The translations under genes and the position numbers were made by a program. A stretch of 47,136 bases of DNA, taken from NCBI GenBank assembly GCA_025054755.1, contig JANWZH010000001.1:1-47136 (forward strand), written 5' to 3'. The notes under the pieces are model-generated. The model did no database searches and had not been told where the DNA came from. It saw only the letters and a program-made list of their open reading frames with translations. Of this stretch, positions 1 to 10,051 are shown piece after piece (the stretch's first letter is position 1; each line of letters opens with the position of its first letter). This DNA comes from Patescibacteria group bacterium. GTDB lineage: Bacteria; Patescibacteriota; Minisyncoccia; UBA6257; 2-01-FULL-56-20.

Positions 1-753
1 TTTTGGCAAAATTTGAATTTTAAGTAACTTACCTGTTTCTAAGTTTGAAACTACAATGTCAGATGAAAAATTATTTATATTTTTAAAAACTATTTTCCAA
101 TTATTTCTTTGTAAAACATTTAAATAAAAATCATATAAAGATTGATTAGTTTCTTCTGAAAATAAAATTACAGAATAATTTTTTACATCCTCAGAATATC
201 CTCCAATTTTTGCTTTTGAAAAAATTAAATATTGCGGAAAAGAAGATGGTAATTCTTTAAATACTTGTTTTGGTTCTGGTTTTAAAGGATTTAAAGGATT
301 ATATTCATATCTTAATAAAACTAATGATTTGTTTTCTAATGATTTAATCATAACAATTAAATAGCCCTCTCTTTTGGCAGAAATAAAAATTTGGTTTGGA
401 TCTTGATCAATATTGTATTCTTTAACAATTTGCCACAAATTATTATTTAAATAATCTTTAAATAAATTTAGCGTCTTCGAAAATGAATAATTAGATTCTA
501 AACTCTGCTCTGTTATAATTAAATTATCAGAATAAGTTATTTCTTTCGTACTTAAAATTTTAAAATCTGGAATTTTGGAGAAATCATTTGGGAAATACCT
601 TGGATTATCCGCTATACCATATTCTACAATTTTGGGTTGAATTGGTTTTGCTAATTTATTTTGATACCAATTTAAACCAAAATAAGAGCCAAGCCCCAAT
701 ATTAATGCTAAAAATAATGTTAAAACAATAATAAAAATTAATTTTTGGTTCAT
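1..753 (-). CDS. hypothetical membrane-anchored protein; C-terminus runs off the window
   Basis: ATG at 751-753 (minus strand) is followed by 251 sense codons with no in-frame stop down to position 1 (checked triplet by triplet). The N-terminus MNQKLIFIIVLTLFLALILGLGSYF is a single hydrophobic anchor. It is missing from the ORF track because no stop lies inside the window. Confidence 0.6.
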   Translation of the reverse strand, partial: MNQKLIFIIVLTLFLALILGLGSYFGLNWYQNKLAKPIQPKIVEYGIADNPRYFPNDFSKIPDFKILSTKEITYSDNLIITEQSLESNYSFSKTLNLFKDYLNNNLWQIVKEYNIDQDPNQIFISAKREGYLIVMIKSLENKSLVLLRYEYNPLNPLKPEPKQVFKELPSSFPQYLIFSKAKIGGYSEDVKNYSVILFSEETNQSLYDFYLNVLQRNNWKIVFKNINNFSSDIVVSNLETGKLLKIQILPK

Positions 754-925
754 TGTTATTATTATATCACTTTTTAATATTTTTTAAAATATTAATTGAC
801 CTTTTTAATTTAATTATAAAACCTAATTAATATTTTAAAATATCTTTTTAAAAAATACAATAATTCAAATTAAAAAAATAGAAGATCCTATATAAACTTA
901 TAAACTAACTAATAGATATTTTATT

Positions 926-2191
926 TTAATAACTATACTCTCTTATTGTAAATTGAGAATTAATTTGTCTTACTAAATCTAATATAACTGCAACAACAAT
1001 TAAAAGAGATGTCCCAGAAATATGCAAAGCTGAAATTCCGGTTATTTTTTCAATTATTAATGGCAAAACCGCAACAATACCTAAAAATAAAGCCCCAAAA
1101 AATGTTGTTTTATTCATTAATTTTTTAAAAAATTGAGTAGTGTTTCCCCCTGGCCTAATTCCAGGAATAAAACCGCCAGCTCTTTGGAGATTTTTTGAAA
1201 TTTCTTCAGGATTAAAAGTAATAGCACTATAAAAATAAGTAAAAATAAAAACTAAAATAAAATAAACTATTCCATAAAGTAATTGATTAGCTAAAAAACT
1301 ATTTACTAAATCATTTAATTTCATTCCCAAATCACGAGAAAAAATCATTGTAGTTTGAGCAATAAATTGAGGAAAAAGCATTACTGAAATAGCAAAAATT
1401 AAAGGAATCATTCCAGCTTGATTTACTTTTAATGGCAAATAGCTTTGAGCTCCTCCATACATTTTCATTCCTCTTACTCTTTTAGCATAAATAACTGGAA
1501 CTTTTCGTTCGCCTTCATTTAAATAAACTACACCTAAAATAATTAAAATAAAAATGGCTATAAAAATAATATAAGAAAACAAATTTGAAGAATCATAAAC
1601 TAAAATTGCTGAACGAACCGCATTTGGCAAACTACTTAAAATGCCAGCTAAAATAATCAAAGAAATTCCATTACCAATTTTTTGTTCTGAAATTAGTTCA
1701 CCAAACCATAAAGCAATTATTGAACCAGTAACAATAACAACAACATTAATTATTGCATCAAAACCAACTGGTTTATCAATCACTCCCTGAGAAGAAAGTA
1801 AAGCTAAAAAACCATAAGCTTGAAGCGCAGCTAATGGAACAGTAAGTAAGCGAGCATATTGATTAAATTTAGCCTGACCCTGAGCTCCTTGTTCATAATA
1901 AATTTCTTTAATTCTAGGAAAAACTATTGTTAAAAGCTGCATAATAATTGTTGCTGTAATATATGGGCCAACACCAAGCATTACAATAGATAAATTAGAA
2001 AGACCACCACCTGATAAAAGATTTAAAAATCCAAAAATCTGATTTTGCGAAAAAAAATCTTGTAATTTTATAATATCAACTTTAGGAATTGGAATGGCTG
2101 CTAATAATCTATAAAATATTAAAATTCCAGCAACTATCAATATTTTCTTTCTTAAATCTTTAATTTTAAAAACCTCAATAAAACGATTCAT
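926..2191 (-). CDS. secY: preprotein translocase subunit SecY
   Basis: 421-aa multi-pass membrane protein immediately downstream of rplO, the canonical end of the spc cluster. The sequence is typical of SecY (GGLSNLSIVMLGVGPYITATIIMQLL). Confidence 0.95.
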   Translation of the reverse strand: MNRFIEVFKIKDLRKKILIVAGILIFYRLLAAIPIPKVDIIKLQDFFSQNQIFGFLNLLSGGGLSNLSIVMLGVGPYITATIIMQLLTIVFPRIKEIYYEQGAQGQAKFNQYARLLTVPLAALQAYGFLALLSSQGVIDKPVGFDAIINVVVIVTGSIIALWFGELISEQKIGNGISLIILAGILSSLPNAVRSAILVYDSSNLFSYIIFIAIFILIILGVVYLNEGERKVPVIYAKRVRGMKMYGGAQSYLPLKVNQAGMIPLIFAISVMLFPQFIAQTTMIFSRDLGMKLNDLVNSFLANQLLYGIVYFILVFIFTYFYSAITFNPEEISKNLQRAGGFIPGIRPGGNTTQFFKKLMNKTTFFGALFLGIVAVLPLIIEKITGISALHISGTSLLIVVAVILDLVRQINSQFTIREYSY

Positions 2192-2198
2192 ATTTTTA

Positions 2199-2633
2199 TT
2201 ATATTACCTTTCCGCCAGCTTGAATAATTTTTGTTTTCAATTGATTAGATACTTTTAATCCATTAATTACTAAAGGCAAAATTTCTATTTCTTTTCTACC
2301 GCCAACAATTTTAACATCACCTTTATAATTATTAGAAACCAAATTTAATTGTTTTAAAGTCATTAAATTAATTTCGTCTTTAATATTAAATAATTTCACT
2401 TTATTAATTAAATCAGTAATTTTAATTGTCTTTGGTTTTTTGTTTGGCTTATTTTTAAAACCTCTTAATTTAGGTAAGCGAATAATAATATCGCGTTCAG
2501 CTGGCCTAATTCTTCTACCAGCTCTTGATTTTTGTCCTTTTTGACCGCGGCCAGAATATGTTCCTCTTTTACCACCTCTTCCAATTCTTTTTTTATTTTT
2601 TTGTTTTTTAACTTTTAACTCATGAAACCTCAT
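2199..2633 (-). CDS. rplO: 50S ribosomal protein L15
   Basis: The Gly/Arg/Lys-rich N-terminus RIGRGGKRGTYSGRGQKGQKSRAG is typical of uL15. Position between rpsE and secY. Confidence 0.95.
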   Translation of the reverse strand: MRFHELKVKKQKNKKRIGRGGKRGTYSGRGQKGQKSRAGRRIRPAERDIIIRLPKLRGFKNKPNKKPKTIKITDLINKVKLFNIKDEINLMTLKQLNLVSNNYKGDVKIVGGRKEIEILPLVINGLKVSNQLKTKIIQAGGKVI

Positions 2634-2647
2634 TTTTATTTAAAAAT

Positions 2648-3109
2648 TTATTTTAAACCAACCTTTAATTTTTTTAATGCAGAAAGTGCTGCTAAAGCAT
2701 TGGTTAATTTATTTGGAGTTCTGCCCAATATTTTAGCTGAAGCATCTTTTATTCCTGCCAAAGACAAAACTGATCTGACAGCACTACCAGCTTTTAGACC
2801 ATTTCCTTTTTTAGCTGGCTTAATAATAACTCTAGCTGCACTATATTTTGCTTCAACCTCATGAAAAATAGTTCTATTTTCTTTTAATTCTAAATTGATA
2901 AGATTTTTTTTAGCATTAGCCTTTGCTTTAGAAATAGCTTGCATAACATCTAAACCTTTTCCAATTCCAACACCAACTCTTCCTTTTAAATCACCAATAA
3001 CTACTGTAGCTCTAAAGCTCATTCTTTTACCGCCGGCAACAACTCTAGCCACTCTTCTTAAATCTAAAACTTTTTCTTTAAATTCTTCTTTTTTAATAAA
3101 TTTTTCCAT
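2648..3109 (-). CDS. rpsE: 30S ribosomal protein S5
   Basis: VARVVAGGKRMSFRATVVIGDLKGRVGVGIGKG is the uS5 core motif. Operon position after rplR. Confidence 0.95.
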   Translation of the reverse strand: MEKFIKKEEFKEKVLDLRRVARVVAGGKRMSFRATVVIGDLKGRVGVGIGKGLDVMQAISKAKANAKKNLINLELKENRTIFHEVEAKYSAARVIIKPAKKGNGLKAGSAVRSVLSLAGIKDASAKILGRTPNKLTNALAALSALKKLKVGLK

Positions 3110-3141
3110 AGCTTTATTTAATATAAATTAATTTAAAATAT

Positions 3142-3495
3142 TTAAAATTTCAATCCGGCCTCACGAGCTGCATCAGCCAAACTTTTTACTCTACCATGAT
3201 ATTTATACCAACGTCTATCAAAAACAACTTCTCTAATACCTTGCTTTAAGGCTTTTTCAGCAATTAATTTTCCTACATTTTTAGCCATTTCAGTTTTATT
3301 TAACTTAATATCTTTTAACTCTAAACTTGAAGCCGAAACTAAGGTTTTGCCAACAGTATCATCAATTAATTGAACATAAATATTTTTATTGCTTCTTTTT
3401 ACAGCTAATCTTGGTCTTTCAGGTGTCCCTGAAATTTTTGCCCTAACTCTTCTAATTTTTAATTTTCTAATTTTATTAATTTCTTTTCTATCCAT
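3142..3495 (-). CDS. rplR: 50S ribosomal protein L18
   Basis: [20 protein letters not shown]...SASS pattern and C-terminal [10 protein letters not shown]. Operon position. Confidence 0.95.
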   Translation of the reverse strand: MDRKEINKIRKLKIRRVRAKISGTPERPRLAVKRSNKNIYVQLIDDTVGKTLVSASSLELKDIKLNKTEMAKNVGKLIAEKALKQGIREVVFDRRWYKYHGRVKSLADAAREAGLKF

Positions 3496-3503
3496 GTTTT
3501 TAA

Positions 3504-4040
3504 TTATGCTCCAGCTTTTTTACCGGCCTTTCGTCTAATATATTCTCCCTTATAATGAATACCCTTACCTTTATATGGTTCTGGTGGTTTTAATAATCTA
3601 ATTTTTGAAGCAAACTGACCAACTTTTTCTTTATTAATTCCAGAAATAATAATTTGGTTTTTTTCTACTTTAACCGAAATATCTTCTGGCACAGAAACAT
3701 TTATAGGATGAGAAAATCCTAAATATAATACTAAATTTTTATTATTAACTTCTGCTCTATATCCAATACCTTCTATTTCTAAAATTTTTTCAAATCCAAA
3801 ATTTACTCCAGAAATTGCGTTTTTAATTAAAGACCACATTGTCCCGCTATTCATTTTAGCTTGCTTAGAATCTTCTTTTTTAAGAACCTGTATTTCTTTA
3901 TCTTTAATTAAAACATCAATTAATGGCAATTTATTTAAAATTAATTCGCCCTTAGGTCCTTTAAATAATAAACTTTCATTTTCAATCATAACTGTAATTC
4001 CTTCTGGTATATTAATTGTTTTTTTAATTAATCTAGACAT
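3504..4040 (-). CDS. rplF: 50S ribosomal protein L6
   Basis: uL6-like sequence ([28 protein letters not shown]). Start moved to ATG at 4038-4040 (MSRLIKK), just after the rpsH stop at 4043-4045. The track ORF extends to 4049. Confidence 0.93.
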   Translation of the reverse strand: MSRLIKKTINIPEGITVMIENESLLFKGPKGELILNKLPLIDVLIKDKEIQVLKKEDSKQAKMNSGTMWSLIKNAISGVNFGFEKILEIEGIGYRAEVNNKNLVLYLGFSHPINVSVPEDISVKVEKNQIIISGINKEKVGQFASKIRLLKPPEPYKGKGIHYKGEYIRRKAGKKAGA

Positions 4041-4042
4041 AA

Positions 4043-4423
4043 TTACCAAATTTCAAATAAATATTCGCCCCCAACTCTTTTTTTAATTGCGTCTTTTTCA
4101 ACCATTACTCCTTTTGAAGTAGAAACAAGCCCTATTCCAAAACCATTTTTAACTGGTTTTAATTCTGTATATTTTTTAAAAATGTGCCTACTTGGCTTAC
4201 TAATTAATTTAAAATTAGACATAGCTGGTTTTTTATTATTATACAAAAGCTTAATTTCTAAAAATAATTTTTTATCTATAGTTTTTTTATCAACACTTTT
4301 AATATAACCTTTTTCGGTTAAAATTTTTAAAATTTCAAAATCAAATTTTGAAAAAGGTGTTAAAACTTTTTCTTTCTTTGCTAAATAAGCATTTTTAATT
4401 TTTGCTAAAATATCCCAATACAT
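4043..4423 (-). CDS. rpsH: 30S ribosomal protein S8
   Basis: uS8-like sequence ending GGEYLFEIW. Operon position. Confidence 0.95.
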   Translation of the reverse strand: MYWDILAKIKNAYLAKKEKVLTPFSKFDFEILKILTEKGYIKSVDKKTIDKKLFLEIKLLYNNKKPAMSNFKLISKPSRHIFKKYTELKPVKNGFGIGLVSTSKGVMVEKDAIKKRVGGEYLFEIW

Positions 4424-4436
4424 TTTTTTAAAAAAA

Positions 4437-4622
4437 TTACCACGAAGCTTTTTTTATGCCTGGAATTTCGCCCTTTGAAGCTAATTCTCTAAAACAAATT
4501 CTACACAAACCAAAATCTCTAATATACCCTCTTTTTCTACCACAACGAAAACATCTTCTAACTATTCTGGTACTATATTTCGGCTTTTTTTTACTTCTCG
4601 CAATAACTGAAGTTTTTGGCAT
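4437..4622 (-). CDS. rpsN: 30S ribosomal protein S14, zinc-binding type Z
   Basis: 61 aa with [20 protein letters not shown] (CxxC...CxxC). Position between rplE and rpsH. Confidence 0.95.
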   Translation of the reverse strand: MPKTSVIARSKKKPKYSTRIVRRCFRCGRKRGYIRDFGLCRICFRELASKGEIPGIKKASW

Positions 4623-4630
4623 AATTTTAT

Positions 4631-5140
4631 TTATTTTTTAATTTTGAAAGGGAAACCTAAATTTAAATAGGTTTCTTCTGCGACTTTTCTGTTTTTAATT
4701 TTTGATACAATATTTATTCCTAATGGGAATTGAATAATTGATTCTTCTGGATTTATTTCCGGAAAAACATATTGATCTTTTAATCCAATATTAATTGATC
4801 CATTTTGATCAATTTTGCTCAAAGGAATACCAGAAAAATCTCTTACCCTTGGCAAAACTATTTTAACTAAACGGCTAAAAAAATCAATCATTTTTTTATT
4901 TCTTAACGTAACTTGCAATCCAACTAATTGCCCTTCTCTAACTTTAAAGCCAGCAATTGATTTTTTAGCTTTAGTTATTTTAGGATATTGACCAGTAATT
5001 AAACTTAAATCTTTTATGATTTGTGGCAAAATTTTGCTCTCAAAATTAGGATTAGAATTTGCCATTTTGCCTATACCTACATTTACTACTATTTTTTCAA
5101 TAGTTTGTTTTATTTTATTTTGAAAATCTTTTTCGTTCAT
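4631..5140 (-). CDS. rplE: 50S ribosomal protein L5
   Basis: [12 protein letters not shown] and the overall uL5 pattern. Operon position. Confidence 0.95.
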   Translation of the reverse strand: MNEKDFQNKIKQTIEKIVVNVGIGKMANSNPNFESKILPQIIKDLSLITGQYPKITKAKKSIAGFKVREGQLVGLQVTLRNKKMIDFFSRLVKIVLPRVRDFSGIPLSKIDQNGSINIGLKDQYVFPEINPEESIIQFPLGINIVSKIKNRKVAEETYLNLGFPFKIKK

Positions 5141-5153
5141 TTTTTTAAAAAAA

Positions 5154-5459
5154 TTAAATTAAAGACTTACATTTTTTGCAGTAACGAACCTTTTTATCAT
5201 CAAGAAATTGAAAACCAATTCTTGTCGGCTTACTACAATTTTTACATATGACCATTACTTTTGAAGCATAAATTGGTCTACTAACCGTAATAATTTCTCC
5301 CTTTTGAGCAGAAGTTTTTGGCCTAATGTGCTTTTTATACAAATTAATACCTTCAACTAATACCTTATTTTCTTTAATTAAAACTTTTGAAACAATGCCA
5401 GTTTTCCCCCTATCTTTGCCACTTAAAATTTTAACTTTGTCTCCTTTTTTAACTTTCAT
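5154..5459 (-). CDS. rplX: 50S ribosomal protein L24 (Cys4 variant)
   Basis: MKVKKGDKVKILSGKDRGKTGIV is a KOW motif. The C-terminal half carries CKNC-x18-CKKC. Confidence 0.95.
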   Translation of the reverse strand: MKVKKGDKVKILSGKDRGKTGIVSKVLIKENKVLVEGINLYKKHIRPKTSAQKGEIITVSRPIYASKVMVICKNCSKPTRIGFQFLDDKKVRYCKKCKSLI

Positions 5460-5466
5460 ATTTTTA

Positions 5467-5835
5467 TTAAATAATTTCTTCGGCCATATTCATTAATTTT
5501 TCAAATCCCTTTAATTTTAGTTCTCTTGGCATTGGACCAAAAACACGAGTAGCAATTGGCTCCTTTTTATTATCAATAATAACTCCTGCATTTTCATCAA
5601 ATCTTACAACAGAACCATCTGGTCTTTTTATTCCATTTTTTGTTCTAACAATTAAAACCTTAACTATATCTTTCTTTTTAATATTTTTTCTTGGTTCAGC
5701 AACTTGAACTGAAGCAATAATAATATCTCCTATATTAGCATATCTTCTTCTTGTCCCTCCTAAAATTCTAAAACAACGCACTTTTTTTGCGCCTGAATTA
5801 TCTGCTATTTTTATAATTGATCTTTCTTGAATCAT
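5467..5835 (-). CDS. rplN: 50S ribosomal protein L14
   Basis: MIQERSIIKIADNSGAKKVRCFRILGG is canonical uL14. Confidence 0.96.
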   Translation of the reverse strand: MIQERSIIKIADNSGAKKVRCFRILGGTRRRYANIGDIIIASVQVAEPRKNIKKKDIVKVLIVRTKNGIKRPDGSVVRFDENAGVIIDNKKEPIATRVFGPMPRELKLKGFEKLMNMAEEII

Positions 5836-5839
5836 AATT

Positions 5840-6085
5840 TTAAATTTTAGATATTATTTTCCACCTTTTTTCTTTTGAAATTGGTCTTGTTTCTTCAATA
5901 ATTACTTTATCACCAACATGATATTCATTGTTTTCATCATGGGCTTTAAATTTTTTACTAACCTTAAAATACTTTAAATATTTAGGATGTTTTTTAAAAC
6001 GCTCAACTAAAACCAATCTGGTTTTATTCATTTTATCTGAAACAACAACTCCTTCTAATTTTTTCTTTTTTAATTTATTTTCCAT
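5840..6085 (-). CDS. rpsQ: 30S ribosomal protein S17
   Basis: [20 protein letters not shown]...[27 protein letters not shown]. Confidence 0.95.
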   Translation of the reverse strand: MENKLKKKKLEGVVVSDKMNKTRLVLVERFKKHPKYLKYFKVSKKFKAHDENNEYHVGDKVIIEETRPISKEKRWKIISKI

Positions 6086-6093
6086 ATTTTTAA

Positions 6094-6303
6094 TTATTTT
6101 ATATTTTTATTCATTTCATTAATTAATGTCAAAATTTGAGCAATATCTTTTTTTAATTTTTTAATATCTTTAATGTTTTTTACTTTTCCAGAATTTAAAT
6201 CAAATTTCATTTGTTTTAAAGCTTTTCTTTTTTCAAACAAAATTTTATTTAATTCTTCAATCGTAGCTGTCATTTTTAATTGTTTGAAATCATTTTTCTT
6301 CAT
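6094..6303 (-). CDS. rpmC: 50S ribosomal protein L29
   Basis: Short helical protein between rplP and rpsQ. Start set to ATG 6301-6303 ([10 protein letters not shown]), just after the rplP stop at 6305-6307. The track ORF extends to 6318. Confidence 0.9.
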   Translation of the reverse strand: MKKNDFKQLKMTATIEELNKILFEKRKALKQMKFDLNSGKVKNIKDIKKLKKDIAQILTLINEMNKNIK

Positions 6304-6304
6304 A

Positions 6305-6715
6305 TTATTTACTAACAATTTTAGTCTTAATTGGCAATTTATGACCAGCCAATCTTAAGGCTTCTTTTGCTATTTCTGGTTTATTAATATCTATTTCAAA
6401 CAATATTCTCCCTGCTCTTACAGGAAAAACATAATGATCAACGCTTCCTTTTCCTCCGCCCATTGTGACTTCTGGAGGTCTTTTTGTGACTGGTTTATCT
6501 GGAAAAATTCTAATCCAAAATCTTCCTTCTTTTTTTAATTTCCCAGAAATTGCTTTACGAGCAGCTTCAATTTGGGCTGAACTAATCCATTTTGATTCTA
6601 GGGCTTTTAATCCAAAATTTCCATAATTCAAATCAATTCCTCTTGTTTCAACATTTCTCTTCCTACTTCTCCCCTTTTGCCATTTTCTATGTTTTACTTT
6701 TTTAGGTATTAACAT
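6305..6715 (-). CDS. rplP: 50S ribosomal protein L16
   Basis: MLIPKKVKHRKWQKGR N-terminus. Operon position. Confidence 0.96.
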   Translation of the reverse strand: MLIPKKVKHRKWQKGRSRKRNVETRGIDLNYGNFGLKALESKWISSAQIEAARKAISGKLKKEGRFWIRIFPDKPVTKRPPEVTMGGGKGSVDHYVFPVRAGRILFEIDINKPEIAKEALRLAGHKLPIKTKIVSK

Positions 6716-7420
6716 TTATTTATTTTTTTCTTTAAAGATTTCGCCTTTATAAATCCAAACCTTAACTCCAACTGTTCCATAAGTTGTAAATGCAGTTGAA
6801 GTCCCATAATCGATTTTTGCTCTTAATTTATTTAATGGTAATGCTCCAAATTTAAATGTTTCGTGTCTCGCAATTTCAGCTCCGTCAAGCCTTCCTTTAA
6901 CAATAATTTTAGCTCCTTTAACTTCTTTATTTTGCATTAAATATTCTAAATTCTTTTTACAAGTTAATCTAAATGGAATTCTTTTTTCTATATCCCAAGC
7001 AATTTGCTGAGCAATATATTGTGCGCTAGCTTCGGTTCTTTTAAGCTCTTCTATATTTAAACTTAATTTAAAATTAGTATCTGGATTATTTTGTTTTTTC
7101 CTTAATTTTAAGATATTTTTTTCAATAATCTTAGAAAGATCTTCTATTCCTTTTCCTCCTTGACCAATAATTAATCCAGGCTTCGCAGCTTTAATATTAA
7201 TTTTGATTAAACTTGATATTCTTTCTATATCTATATTTACAATACCAGCTTGATTAATTTTTTGTTTAATAACTTTTCTAATAATATAATCTTCTTCCAA
7301 AATTTTAGGCAAAATTAAGCGATTATTATTTTTACCGCTATTTTTACCCATAAACCACCTAGATCTCCAGTTTTCTACATTGCCTATCCTTAATGAAATT
7401 GGATTAATTTTTTGGCCCAT
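6716..7420 (-). CDS. rpsC: 30S ribosomal protein S3
   Basis: MGQKINPISLRIG start and a KH-like GLIIGQGGKGIE motif. Confidence 0.96.
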   Translation of the reverse strand: MGQKINPISLRIGNVENWRSRWFMGKNSGKNNNRLILPKILEEDYIIRKVIKQKINQAGIVNIDIERISSLIKINIKAAKPGLIIGQGGKGIEDLSKIIEKNILKLRKKQNNPDTNFKLSLNIEELKRTEASAQYIAQQIAWDIEKRIPFRLTCKKNLEYLMQNKEVKGAKIIVKGRLDGAEIARHETFKFGALPLNKLRAKIDYGTSTAFTTYGTVGVKVWIYKGEIFKEKNK

Positions 7421-7425
7421 ATTTT

Positions 7426-7950
7426 TTATACAGATTTTCTTCTAAAAAATTTTTTAAAAAATCCTTCTTGCGACTTTTTTTGTTTTTTATCTTCTAAATT
7501 TTGTTCTAAATCTTTCTTTTCTTTAAATTGTTTTAAAGCTTCTTTTTTAACTTTTGATTTTTTATTTTGAATAATCGTATATTTTGGCTTAACATTATCT
7601 TTTTCAATTAAAATAACTTCAATGTGGCTAGTTTTTTTCTGAATAGGAGTAGCTACTCCTCTAGCTCTAGGCAAATATCTTTTAAACATCGGCCCTTGAT
7701 TTACTAAAATATTTTTAACATATAATTTATTTAAATCAAATTTTTTAGCTAATGCTCCGGCTTTGGCAGATTGAATTAATTTTAAAATTATTTTTGATGC
7801 TCTTTTAGTATTATAGATTAATTGAGCCTCAGCTTCATTAACTGATAAGCCCTTAATTAAATTAGCAACTAATCTTGCTTTTCTTGGAGCAATTCTTGCA
7901 TATCTTAATACAGCTTTTTGAATTTTTGTATTTATTAATGCTTCTGACAT
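7426..7950 (-). CDS. rplV: 50S ribosomal protein L22 with a lysine-rich C-terminal extension
   Basis: uL22 core (ARIAPRKARLVANLIKG...RARGVATPIQKKTSHIEVIL) followed by about 55 extra K/E-rich residues. Confidence 0.94.
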   Translation of the reverse strand: MSEALINTKIQKAVLRYARIAPRKARLVANLIKGLSVNEAEAQLIYNTKRASKIILKLIQSAKAGALAKKFDLNKLYVKNILVNQGPMFKRYLPRARGVATPIQKKTSHIEVILIEKDNVKPKYTIIQNKKSKVKKEALKQFKEKKDLEQNLEDKKQKKSQEGFFKKFFRRKSV

Positions 7951-7963
7951 TTTAATTTAATTA

Positions 7964-8275
7964 TTATTTTTTAATTTCTTGACTTGCATTCTGACTAACT
8001 TTTTTCTCTAATTCTCTTTGCATTTTACCACCATGTTTAATAAACTTCCTGGTTAAAACAAATTCTCCTAAACGATGTCCAATCATTGCTTCATTAATTT
8101 TAACCTCAACAAAATTCTTACCATTATGAACTAAAAATGAAAATCCAACCATTTCTGGAGAAATTTCAGAATCTCTAGACCAAGTTTTAATTGGGCCATC
8201 CTCTGGTTTTTGTTTTGAAATTTTCTTTAATATATTTGGATCAATAAATGGACCCTTTTTTAAACTTCTAGACAT
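7964..8275 (-). CDS. rpsS: 30S ribosomal protein S19
   Basis: [12 protein letters not shown]...HNGKNFVEV...MIGHRLGEF. Confidence 0.96.
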   Translation of the reverse strand: MSRSLKKGPFIDPNILKKISKQKPEDGPIKTWSRDSEISPEMVGFSFLVHNGKNFVEVKINEAMIGHRLGEFVLTRKFIKHGGKMQRELEKKVSQNASQEIKK

Positions 8276-8279
8276 AATT

Positions 8280-9116
8280 TTATTTTTTCCTTCTTTGAAG
8301 AATTAATTTATTCGACTTCTTTCTTTTATTTCTAGTTTTTCTTCCTCCTGTCACCTTGCCCCACAATGTCTTTGGACGTCTAGTTCCTCTTTGAGCCCTT
8401 CCTTCGCCTCCACCATAAGGATGATCAACTGGATTCATTGCTGATCCTCTAACTGTTGGCCTAATACCCATATGCCTAGATCTGCCAGCTTTCCCAATAA
8501 CAACTAAATTATTATCAGGGTTCGAAACCTGTCCTAGGGTCGCAAAACATTCAGCATGAATTTTTCTAATTTCTCCAGATGGCATTTTTAATATTGTATA
8601 ATTCCCTTTTTCATCCGTACCTAAAACTTCAGCATATGAACCAGCAGAACGAACAATTTTGCCACCAGAATTAGGAACTACTTCAATATTATGAACTTGA
8701 TAACCAGCTGGAATATTTTTTAATTTTAATCTATTTCCAATTTTTAAAGGAGCATTTGCAGAAGTTATAATTTTGTCTCCAACTTTTAATCCTTCTGGAG
8801 CTAAAATATAACAACGCGATCCATCAAGATATTTAATTTTAGCAATAAAAGCTGTACGATATGGATCATATTCTAAGGTTTCAATTGTAGCTTCCATATC
8901 CATTTTATTTTGTTTAAAATCAATCAAACGATAAAGTTTTTTGTGTCCACCTCCTTTATGACGAGTTGTAATTCTGCCCTGATTATTCCTACCAGAGTTC
9001 TTTTTTAAATCAATTAATAAAGATTTTTCTGGTTCTACTTTTGATAAAACAGAATAATCTATTACGGTCATTCCGCGTTGTCCTGGCGTTTTTGGTTTTT
9101 TAATTTTAATTGCCAT
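8280..9116 (-). CDS. rplB: 50S ribosomal protein L2
   Basis: [15 protein letters not shown]...GGGHKKLYR...[14 protein letters not shown]. Confidence 0.97.
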   Translation of the reverse strand: MAIKIKKPKTPGQRGMTVIDYSVLSKVEPEKSLLIDLKKNSGRNNQGRITTRHKGGGHKKLYRLIDFKQNKMDMEATIETLEYDPYRTAFIAKIKYLDGSRCYILAPEGLKVGDKIITSANAPLKIGNRLKLKNIPAGYQVHNIEVVPNSGGKIVRSAGSYAEVLGTDEKGNYTILKMPSGEIRKIHAECFATLGQVSNPDNNLVVIGKAGRSRHMGIRPTVRGSAMNPVDHPYGGGEGRAQRGTRRPKTLWGKVTGGRKTRNKRKKSNKLILQRRKK

Positions 9117-9119
9117 TTT

Positions 9120-9398
9120 TTAAATTAAATCTATTTTTTGACCATCCTTTAATGTCACTATTGCTTTTTTATAAAATGTTTTCTTTTTTGAAACAATATT
9201 TCTAAAATTTTTTGATTTAGCTGGAATATTTATAATATTTATTTTAACAACATCAACTCCATAAATATTTTTAATTTCTTTCTTTATTTCTGATTTATTA
9301 GCATTTTTTGAAACATCAAAAACATATTTGTTTTGATCTTTCAAAAATGTTCCTTTTTCTGTAATATGTGGTTTTTTAATTAAATTTACTACTTTCAT
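9120..9398 (-). CDS. rplW: 50S ribosomal protein L23
   Basis: LIKKPHITEKG is typical of uL23. Start set to ATG 9396-9398 (MKVVNLIKKP), which avoids an overlap with the rplD stop at 9403-9405. The track ORF extends to 9425. Confidence 0.92.
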   Translation of the reverse strand: MKVVNLIKKPHITEKGTFLKDQNKYVFDVSKNANKSEIKKEIKNIYGVDVVKINIINIPAKSKNFRNIVSKKKTFYKKAIVTLKDGQKIDLI

Positions 9399-9402
9399 GT
9401 TT

Positions 9403-10047
9403 TTATATTTTATAATGCTTAACAATAATTTCTAATGAATTTTTATCAATAAAAATATTTTTATAATTTAACAAATCATAAACATTTAATGATATTGGGC
9501 TTAAAACTTTGGTTTTCAAAATATTTCTTGCAGCTTTATAAATATTTTTATTTTCTAAATCTGGTATTAATAAAACATCTGTTTTTTTAGCTCTTTTTGG
9601 TAAATTCAAAATATTTTTTAAATAAGAAAAAACTATTTTAGTTTTTGGTTCAGAAATATTTAATGAATCAAAAAATTTAATTTCATTATCCTTTAATTTT
9701 TTAGATAAAACAGAAAAAATTGCTAATCTTTTCATTTTTTTATTAATTTTTTTAGAAAAATCTTTATCTTTTGAAGGCCCGTGAGCTTTACCCCCACCTA
9801 CCCAAATTGGAGATCTAATTGATCCATGACGAGCTCTTCCAGTGCCTTTTTGACGCCATGGTTTTTTACCTCCGCCTCTTACTTCGCCTCTTGTTTTAGC
9901 ATGAGCTATTGGATCTCTGCTGTTTGCTAATTGCGCATCTAAAACCTGTTTAACCAAAACTGGATTCCATTTTTGAGAAAAAATTTCTTCTGGCAATTCA
10001 ATTTCGCCCACTTTTTCATTTTGTAAATTAATTAATTCAGCTTTCAT
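9403..10047 (-). CDS. rplD: 50S ribosomal protein L4
   Basis: HAKTRGEVRGGGKKPWRQKGTGRARHGSIRSPIWVGGG is the uL4 core. Confidence 0.96.
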   Translation of the reverse strand: MKAELINLQNEKVGEIELPEEIFSQKWNPVLVKQVLDAQLANSRDPIAHAKTRGEVRGGGKKPWRQKGTGRARHGSIRSPIWVGGGKAHGPSKDKDFSKKINKKMKRLAIFSVLSKKLKDNEIKFFDSLNISEPKTKIVFSYLKNILNLPKRAKKTDVLLIPDLENKNIYKAARNILKTKVLSPISLNVYDLLNYKNIFIDKNSLEIIVKHYKI

Positions 10048-10051
10048 ATTT

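Noticed and set aside
2622-6358. Plus-strand ORFs in the track that lie antisense to ribosomal protein genes (2622-2864, 2895-3131, 4456-4641, 5021-5251, 5928-6122, 6173-6358)
   Set aside because: Each lies entirely opposite a confidently identified ribosomal protein gene. Their products are low-complexity F/L/I-rich strings, as expected from the antisense of K/E/N-rich AT-rich coding sequence.
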